45,021 bases of DNA, taken from positions 1-45,021 of the forward strand of contig JBJMNA010000013.1 of NCBI GenBank assembly GCA_045804485.1, written 5' to 3'. The stretch comes from Chloroflexota bacterium. Lineage in GTDB: Bacteria; Chloroflexota; Limnocylindria; Limnocylindrales; CSP1-4. The notes beneath the pieces are model-generated. The model saw nothing but the letters and a program-made list of their open reading frames with translations. It was not told the origin of the DNA and ran no database searches. Positions 39,810-45,021 of this stretch are shown piece by piece; the first letter of the stretch is position 1, and each line of letters begins with the position of its first letter. The translations under genes were made by a program, and so were the position numbers.

Positions 39810-42091
39810 CCACGGCCGCACGCCTCGCGCCGTCACTCGCCGCTGCGGCCCGGATCCTCGCCGGGGACGCGTCCCGTGCGCGAGGGATCGCCGTCGTCGA
39901 CGGGACGACACGCTGGACGTGGACCGAGCTTGACCGCCGTGCGGATGACGTCGTGGCCTCCCTCGTGGCTGCGGGAGTCGAGGCCGGCGACCGCGTCGTC
40001 CTCATCGCTCGTCCATCAGCGGGGACGATCGCCGCGCTGCATGGGATCGCCCGGCTTGGCGCCGTCGCGGCGCCACTCGGGAGCGCGATGACCAAGTCTG
40101 AGGCCACGGCGGTTGCTCCGGTCCTCGCGGCGCGGGCCGCCATCGCGGGCCACGGAGACGAGGATCGTGCCGGGCGCCTCGCGGATCGCGTGATCGTCCT
40201 CGACGACATCGGATCCGGGCGTCGCGCGCCGGTTGCTGCGCACCATGACGCAGGACCGGCCGTCGCCATCCTCACGTCCGGGACGACGGGGCGGCCGAAG
40301 GTCGCGATCCTCTCGACGGCGGCACTCACCGCCAGTGCCGAATCGTGGCTCAGCGTCCTCCCGCCAGCGACGGGCTGGCTGCTCGGCGTCGGTCTCGGCC
40401 ACGTCGCCGGCATCGGCGTCGTGTGGCGCGCGGCGCTGGCGGGCGTGCCCATCGTCGTCCTCGCCCGCCCCGATCCCGAGGCCATCCTCGCGGCACTCGC
40501 TGCCGAGCCACGCCCGAGCCACGTCTCGCTCGTCCCGACGACGCTCGCCCGGATCCTCCATGCGACCGGCGACGCGCCGCCGCCCGTCACGGTTCGCGCG
40601 GTGCCTCTCGGCGGCGGACCGATCGGCCCAGGACTCGTCGTGCGCGCTCTCGCTGCGGGATGGCCGATCGTCCCGACCTACGGCCTCACGGAGGCGGGAT
40701 CGGGTGTGACCGCTCTCCCGACCGACGACGCCCGGAGACATCCTGCTTCCGCTGGACGGCCACTCCCCGGTGTCGAGCTTCGGATCTCCGCGCCCGACGG
40801 GGAAGGCGTCGGCGACATCGAAGTCCGGAGCAAGGCCCTCTTCGACGGTTATCTCGACGATCCTCGAGCGACGGCCCTCGCGATGACGGCGGATGGCTGG
40901 CTTCGCACCGGCGACCTCGGGAGCGTGGACGCCGTCGGCCGCCTGACCGTCGCCGACCGCCGCACCGACCGCATCGTCCGTGGCGGCGAGAACATCTCGC
41001 CATCCGAGGTCGAAGCGGCGCTTCTCGAGCACCCGGCCATCGCGGACGCCGGCGTCGTCGCGCGACGCGACGTGACGCTCGGGCACGTGCCCATCGCCGC
41101 GATCGTCATCCACGCGGCCGAAACCGACCCGGGTGATGAGGCACTCACCGCATTCGCACGCGACCGCCTCGCCCGCTTCAAGGTGCCAGCGGCATATGTC
41201 CGTGTCGACGCCCTCCCGCGCACGGCCGCCGGGAAGCTGCGACGCGCCGAGCTCCGAGCGCGACTCGAGCCAGCAGGACCCCACGAGCACCGGCTCATCC
41301 GTCCCGACGGCGCGACCATCGCCTATCGCACGTTCGGCGACGGGCTGCGTCACGTGCTGCTCCTCCACGGCACGCTCTCGACCGCAGCGCAACTGACCGG
41401 TCTCGCGCGGCTGTTGGCCGCCCCGGGCGATACGACCGTCCATGCCGTCGACCGCCGCGGCAGCGGCGGAAGCCGCCTCCCCGATCCGCGCCCGATCGAT
41501 GTGGACGTCCACGTCCGCGACCTCGAGGCGATCCTCGATGCAGAGAGCGCGACGACCGCGGCCATCGTGGGGATCAGCTACGGCGCCTGCCTCGCGCTCG
41601 AGTTCGGCGCACGGCGCCCCGACCGCACGGCTGCGGTCGTTGCATACGAGCCGCCGTACGGACCGGCGGCAGATCGCCGCACGCAAGCGGTCTTCGCCGC
41701 GGTCGCGACCAGGACCGCGGACGCCTTCGCCAACCGCGGAGGACCCGGAGCGGCGGAGGCGTTCATGACCGGCGTCGCAGGTGACGACGCGTGGACCGCG
41801 CTGCCCGATCGCGCACGCGGCTTCCTCGCCGACGAAGGCGGTGGCGCCTACGCCGACGCCGCCCTGCTCGGCCTCGATCTCGACGGTCTGGGGCGCATCT
41901 CGGCTCCCGTCACGATCCTCACCGGCGAAAAGAGCCAACCCTTCTACCGACCGATCGCCGACGCCCTCGCGAGACGGATCCCCGGCGCACGACGCGTCCA
42001 CCTCGCGCGCATGACGCATGCTTCGCCCATCACAGACCCTGGCCCGATCGCCGACGCCGTCAGGGCCGCCCTGGAGGACTCGCCCGCATGA
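39806..42091 (+). CDS. menE: o-Succinylbenzoate-CoA ligase fused to a C-terminal alpha/beta-hydrolase domain (761 aa)
   Basis: The ANL adenylation motifs are ILTSGTTGRPK, YGLTE, GWLRTGD, IVRGGENISPSEVE and PRTAAGKLRR, ending near residue 480. From about nt 41281 the hydrolase part shows IAYRTFGDG..VLLLHG, AVDRRGSGGS, the nucleophile elbow GISYGACLALE and the distal His in ARMTHASP. Confidence 0.85.
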   Translation: MTTAARLAPSLAAAARILAGDASRARGIAVVDGTTRWTWTELDRRADDVVASLVAAGVEAGDRVVLIARPSAGTIAALHGIARLGAVAAPLGSAMTKSEATAVAPVLAARAAIAGHGDEDRAGRLADRVIVLDDIGSGRRAPVAAHHDAGPAVAILTSGTTGRPKVAILSTAALTASAESWLSVLPPATGWLLGVGLGHVAGIGVVWRAALAGVPIVVLARPDPEAILAALAAEPRPSHVSLVPTTLARILHATGDAPPPVTVRAVPLGGGPIGPGLVVRALAAGWPIVPTYGLTEAGSGVTALPTDDARRHPASAGRPLPGVELRISAPDGEGVGDIEVRSKALFDGYLDDPRATALAMTADGWLRTGDLGSVDAVGRLTVADRRTDRIVRGGENISPSEVEAALLEHPAIADAGVVARRDVTLGHVPIAAIVIHAAETDPGDEALTAFARDRLARFKVPAAYVRVDALPRTAAGKLRRAELRARLEPAGPHEHRLIRPDGATIAYRTFGDGLRHVLLLHGTLSTAAQLTGLARLLAAPGDTTVHAVDRRGSGGSRLPDPRPIDVDVHVRDLEAILDAESATTAAIVGISYGACLALEFGARRPDRTAAVVAYEPPYGPAADRRTQAVFAAVATRTADAFANRGGPGAAEAFMTGVAGDDAWTALPDRARGFLADEGGGAYADAALLGLDLDGLGRISAPVTILTGEKSQPFYRPIADALARRIPGARRVHLARMTHASPITDPGPIADAVRAALEDSPA

Positions 42092-42834
42092 CCCGAGCCA
42101 CCGACGACGCGCCCTCGGGTCGCGCGACCGACAGCGGCAACGCCGCCTCGACCGCAGAGGTCCGGGCGATGTTCGACAGGATCGCCCGCGTCTACGACCC
42201 GATGAACCTCGTCATCTCGGCGTTCCAGGAGCCCCGCTGGCGCAAGCGCGCCGTCGCGCGCACCGGCGCAAAGCCCGGAGACAGGATCCTCGACGTGGCG
42301 ACCGGAACCGGCAAAGTCGCGGCCGACCTCCACTCGGCGGTCCAGCCGGGGGGCAGCGTCCTCGGCGTCGACATCTCCCCCGCGATGATCCGGCTCGCCC
42401 AGAAGCAGTTCGCTGACAGGGCCGGGCTGACCTACGTCGTCGGCGACGCGCTCGCGCTGCCGGCCGAGGACGGCGCGTTCGATGCGGCGACGATCGCCTT
42501 CGGGATGCGCAACCTGCCGGACTACGGCAAGGGCTTCTCGGAGCTCGCGAGGTCAGTCCGTCCCGGCGGTCGCGTCGTCTGCCTCGAGATCGCCCGTCCC
42601 CGCAGCCGGCTTGCTCGGATCCTGCAGTTCTGGTTCGACAAGATCGTGCCGGTCGTCGGTCGCCTGGCGGGTCAGGGCGGCGCGTACGGCTACCTCGTGC
42701 GGAGCGTCAAGGGCTACCCGGGGCCGGACCGGATCGCGGAGATCATGCGCGAGGCGGGCCTGACCGATGTCAGCTGGATCGGGATGTCGGGCGGCATCGT
42801 GACCATCCATACGGGGACTGTCCCGGACCGCTGA
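42088..42834 (+). CDS. menG: Demethylmenaquinone methyltransferase (UbiE/MenG family)
   Basis: Motifs are FDRIARVYD.MN...S, RWR, ILDVATGTG, DAATIAFGMRN and KGYPG. The ATG at 42088 overlaps the menE stop. Confidence 0.88.
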   Translation: MTRATDDAPSGRATDSGNAASTAEVRAMFDRIARVYDPMNLVISAFQEPRWRKRAVARTGAKPGDRILDVATGTGKVAADLHSAVQPGGSVLGVDISPAMIRLAQKQFADRAGLTYVVGDALALPAEDGAFDAATIAFGMRNLPDYGKGFSELARSVRPGGRVVCLEIARPRSRLARILQFWFDKIVPVVGRLAGQGGAYGYLVRSVKGYPGPDRIAEIMREAGLTDVSWIGMSGGIVTIHTGTVPDR

Positions 42835-42864
42835 AACGCCGGTCCCGTGTAGGATTCCGGGTCC

Positions 42865-43803
42865 ATGCCGGACCAGCCCACGTCCTCGCTCATCCATGCC
42901 CGCGGCCTGACCAAGCGCTTCGGCGAATTCGTCGCCGTCGACGCGGTCGACTTCGACGTCGCGCCCGGCGAATCGTTCGGATTCCTCGGGCCGAACGGCG
43001 CCGGGAAGACGTCCACGATGCGGATGATCGGGTGTGTCTCGCCGATCAGCGGCGGGACGCTGCGCGTCATGGACATGGATCCCGACCGCGACGGACCGAG
43101 GATCCGCTCGCGCCTCGGCGTCGTGCCCCAGCAGGACGCGCTCGACACCGAGCTGACGGTCCGCGAGAACCTCGTGATCTACGGGCGCTACTTCGGCCTC
43201 GACCGGATCGAGGTCAACCGGCGCGCCGACGAGCTCCTCGAGTTCGCGCAGCTGACCGAGCGCGCCAACGACCAGGTCGAGCCGCTGTCGGGCGGCATGA
43301 AGCGCCGCCTGACGATCGCACGTTCGCTCATCAACGAGCCCAAGATGCTGCTGCTCGACGAGCCGACGACCGGTCTCGACCCGCAGGCGCGCCACCTGCT
43401 CTGGGACCGGCTCTACCGGCTCAAGCAGCAGGGTGTCACCCTGGTCCTGACGACCCACTACATGGACGAGGCCGAGCAGCTGTGCGACCGGCTCGTCGTC
43501 ATGGACAAGGCCCGGATCGTCGCCGAGGGCAGCCCGCGCGAGCTCATCGCGCGGTATTCGACTCGCGAGGTCACCGAGCTTCGGTTCGCGCCGGGCGCAG
43601 CGGAGTCGCTCGACGGGCAGCTCGACGGCATCGCTGAGCGGGTCGAGACCCTCCCGGATCGCGTCCTCCTCTACGCCGACGACGGCGAGGCCGCCGCGGC
43701 CGCCGTCCACGAGCGCGGTCTGCGGCCCGAGTCCGTGCTCGTCCGCCGGTCGTCGCTCGAGGACGTCTTCCTCCGGCTGACCGGCCGGTCGCTGATCGAG
43801 TGA
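42865..43803 (+). CDS. ABC transporter ATP-binding protein (DrrA/NodI-like, ABC-2 subfamily)
   Basis: Walker A is GPNGAGKTST, the signature is LSGGMKRRL and Walker B is LLLDEPTTGLD. The H-loop is TTHYM. Confidence 0.9.
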   Translation: MPDQPTSSLIHARGLTKRFGEFVAVDAVDFDVAPGESFGFLGPNGAGKTSTMRMIGCVSPISGGTLRVMDMDPDRDGPRIRSRLGVVPQQDALDTELTVRENLVIYGRYFGLDRIEVNRRADELLEFAQLTERANDQVEPLSGGMKRRLTIARSLINEPKMLLLDEPTTGLDPQARHLLWDRLYRLKQQGVTLVLTTHYMDEAEQLCDRLVVMDKARIVAEGSPRELIARYSTREVTELRFAPGAAESLDGQLDGIAERVETLPDRVLLYADDGEAAAAAVHERGLRPESVLVRRSSLEDVFLRLTGRSLIE

Positions 43804-43810
43804 GCCGCCG

Positions 43811-44608
43811 ATGAGCGCGATGGCCCGGCCGACGTCCTCGCCGATCGGTCGCGTCTTCGAGCACCGGTTCCTCTCCTACCGGCGGACGTTCCGCGCCTCG
43901 ATCTTCTCGTCGTTCCTGTCGCCGGTGATGTTCCTGGCCGCGATGGGCATCGGCCTCGGCTCGTATGTCTCGAACCCGAATGCGATCGGCGGGGTGCCGT
44001 ACATCGTGTTCCTCGCCCCCGGGCTTCTCGCGGCCACGGCGATGCAGTCGGCGTCGTTCGAGTCGATGTTCCCGATCATGGGTGGTCTCGAATGGAGCCG
44101 CGTGTTCCACGGGATGTACGCGACGCCGATCACGCCCCGCGACATCGCCCTCGGCAATCTCGCCTGGATCACCGCACGGCTGACGATGATCTGCTCGATC
44201 TTCACGCTCGTCATCGTTCTCTTTGGGGCCGCCGAATCGCCGCTCATCGTGTTCGCGATCCCGGCGGCCGTCCTGACCGGGCTCGCGTTCGCCGGTCCGA
44301 TCGCCGCGTTCTCGGCCACGCAGAAGACACCGAACCGGTTCACCACGATCTTCCGGTTCGGCATCACGCCGATGTTCCTGTTCTCGGGGACGTTCTTCCC
44401 GATCAGCTCGCTCCCGGCGGCGCTCCAGGCCTTCGCCTGGCTGACGCCGCTGTTCCACGGAGTCGCCTTGACGCGCGGACTGTCGCTCGGGACTGCGACG
44501 GACGACCCCGTCGCGATGCTCATCCACGTCGCCTACCTCGCGACTCTCGCGATCCTCGGCGGCTACCTGATGATCCGCACGATCGAACGTCGGCTGGTGC
44601 GCGGATGA
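43811..44608 (+). CDS. ABC-2 type transporter permease
   Basis: It has six TM helices in the typical ABC-2 layout and immediately follows the ATPase. Its stop overlaps the next permease start (ATGA). Confidence 0.8.
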   Translation: MSAMARPTSSPIGRVFEHRFLSYRRTFRASIFSSFLSPVMFLAAMGIGLGSYVSNPNAIGGVPYIVFLAPGLLAATAMQSASFESMFPIMGGLEWSRVFHGMYATPITPRDIALGNLAWITARLTMICSIFTLVIVLFGAAESPLIVFAIPAAVLTGLAFAGPIAAFSATQKTPNRFTTIFRFGITPMFLFSGTFFPISSLPAALQAFAWLTPLFHGVALTRGLSLGTATDDPVAMLIHVAYLATLAILGGYLMIRTIERRLVRG

Positions 44609-45021
44609 CCGCCCTCCGCGTCACGCCCACCTTCGCTTTCGGCAGCCGGCGCTCGGTACGGCTGATCGAGCGGAACATCTTCGTCTACCGGCACCAGTGG
44701 ATGATGCTGCTGTCGGGCTTCTTCGAGCCGCTGTTCTATCTCGTCAGCATCGGCTTCGGGCTCGGCGCGCTCGTCGGGACGATCCCCGGCCCCGATGGCC
44801 AGCCCATCAGCTACCAGCTGTTCGTCGCGCCGGCGTTGCTCGCGAGCGCAGCGATGAACGGGGCGATCGCCGAGAGCACATTCAACTTCTTCTTCAAGCT
44901 CAACTACAGCAAGACCTTCGCGGCGATCCTGACGACGCCGCTGTCGCCGGGTGACGTCGCGCTCGGCGAGCTTGGCTGGGCGGTCATCCGGTGCGCGCTC
45001 TACGCCTTCGGGTTCATGGGC
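44605..45021 (+). CDS. Second ABC-2 type transporter permease, 3' end outside the window
   Basis: The ATG is at 44605. The product begins MTALRVTPTFAFGSRRSVRLIERNIFVYRHQWMMLLSGFFEPLFYLVSIGFGLG, paralogous in pattern to the preceding permease. The frame is open to the window end. Confidence 0.75.
   Translation, partial: MTALRVTPTFAFGSRRSVRLIERNIFVYRHQWMMLLSGFFEPLFYLVSIGFGLGALVGTIPGPDGQPISYQLFVAPALLASAAMNGAIAESTFNFFFKLNYSKTFAAILTTPLSPGDVALGELGWAVIRCALYAFGFMG

Noticed and set aside
40016-42019. 667-aa minus-strand ORF across menE
   Set aside because: It is antisense to clear ANL-ligase and alpha/beta-hydrolase motifs, and has shadow composition.

Overview
This is a very GC-rich, gene-dense chromosomal segment in which third codon positions are almost all G/C. 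It looks like a Terrabacteria-type bacterium, Actinomycetota- or Chloroflexota-like. The signs are an HrcA/CIRCE heat-shock system, a GAAC-N4-GTTC SOS box, Pro/Thr linkers and pervasive 4-nt start/stop overlaps. I recognised no rRNA, tRNA, CRISPR array, transposase or integrase, so most of the window is housekeeping.

Gene content in order:
- The 3' end of an imuB-like gene, with a translationally coupled small ORF.
- A DUF4260-like membrane protein, a TetR regulator and a lipoprotein.
- An SOS-boxed, unusually long dnaE2.
- A membrane protein, then a 1214-aa surface protein built from a lamin-tail domain and repeated beta-barrel modules.
- udp, then a 47-aa small protein with a CxxC motif.
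- gap-pgk-eno without tpiA, followed by a coupled membrane protein.
- rpsT with a long Ala/Lys tail.
- A cupin and a large zinc-ribbon/cyclase/NTPase protein.
- lepA, a CPBP-like protein and hemW.
- An antisense Zn-ribbon methyltransferase.
- CIRCE-hrcA-grpE-dnaK with no dnaJ.
- An alpha/beta-hydrolase-cyclase fusion and a lipoprotein.
- A TetR-headed menFDHBACE-G operon in which every junction overlaps and MenE carries a C-terminal alpha/beta-hydrolase domain.
- A DrrABC-like ABC-2 exporter that is cut by the window end.

The most interesting leads:
- The MenE-hydrolase fusion, as a candidate for the missing DHNA-CoA thioesterase.
- The nuclease-less LTD surface protein.
- A small membrane ORF that shares the dnaE2 SOS box.
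- The imuB-coupled small ORF.
- The S20 protein with a histone-like tail.

All family calls come from reading motifs by eye. No database search was possible.
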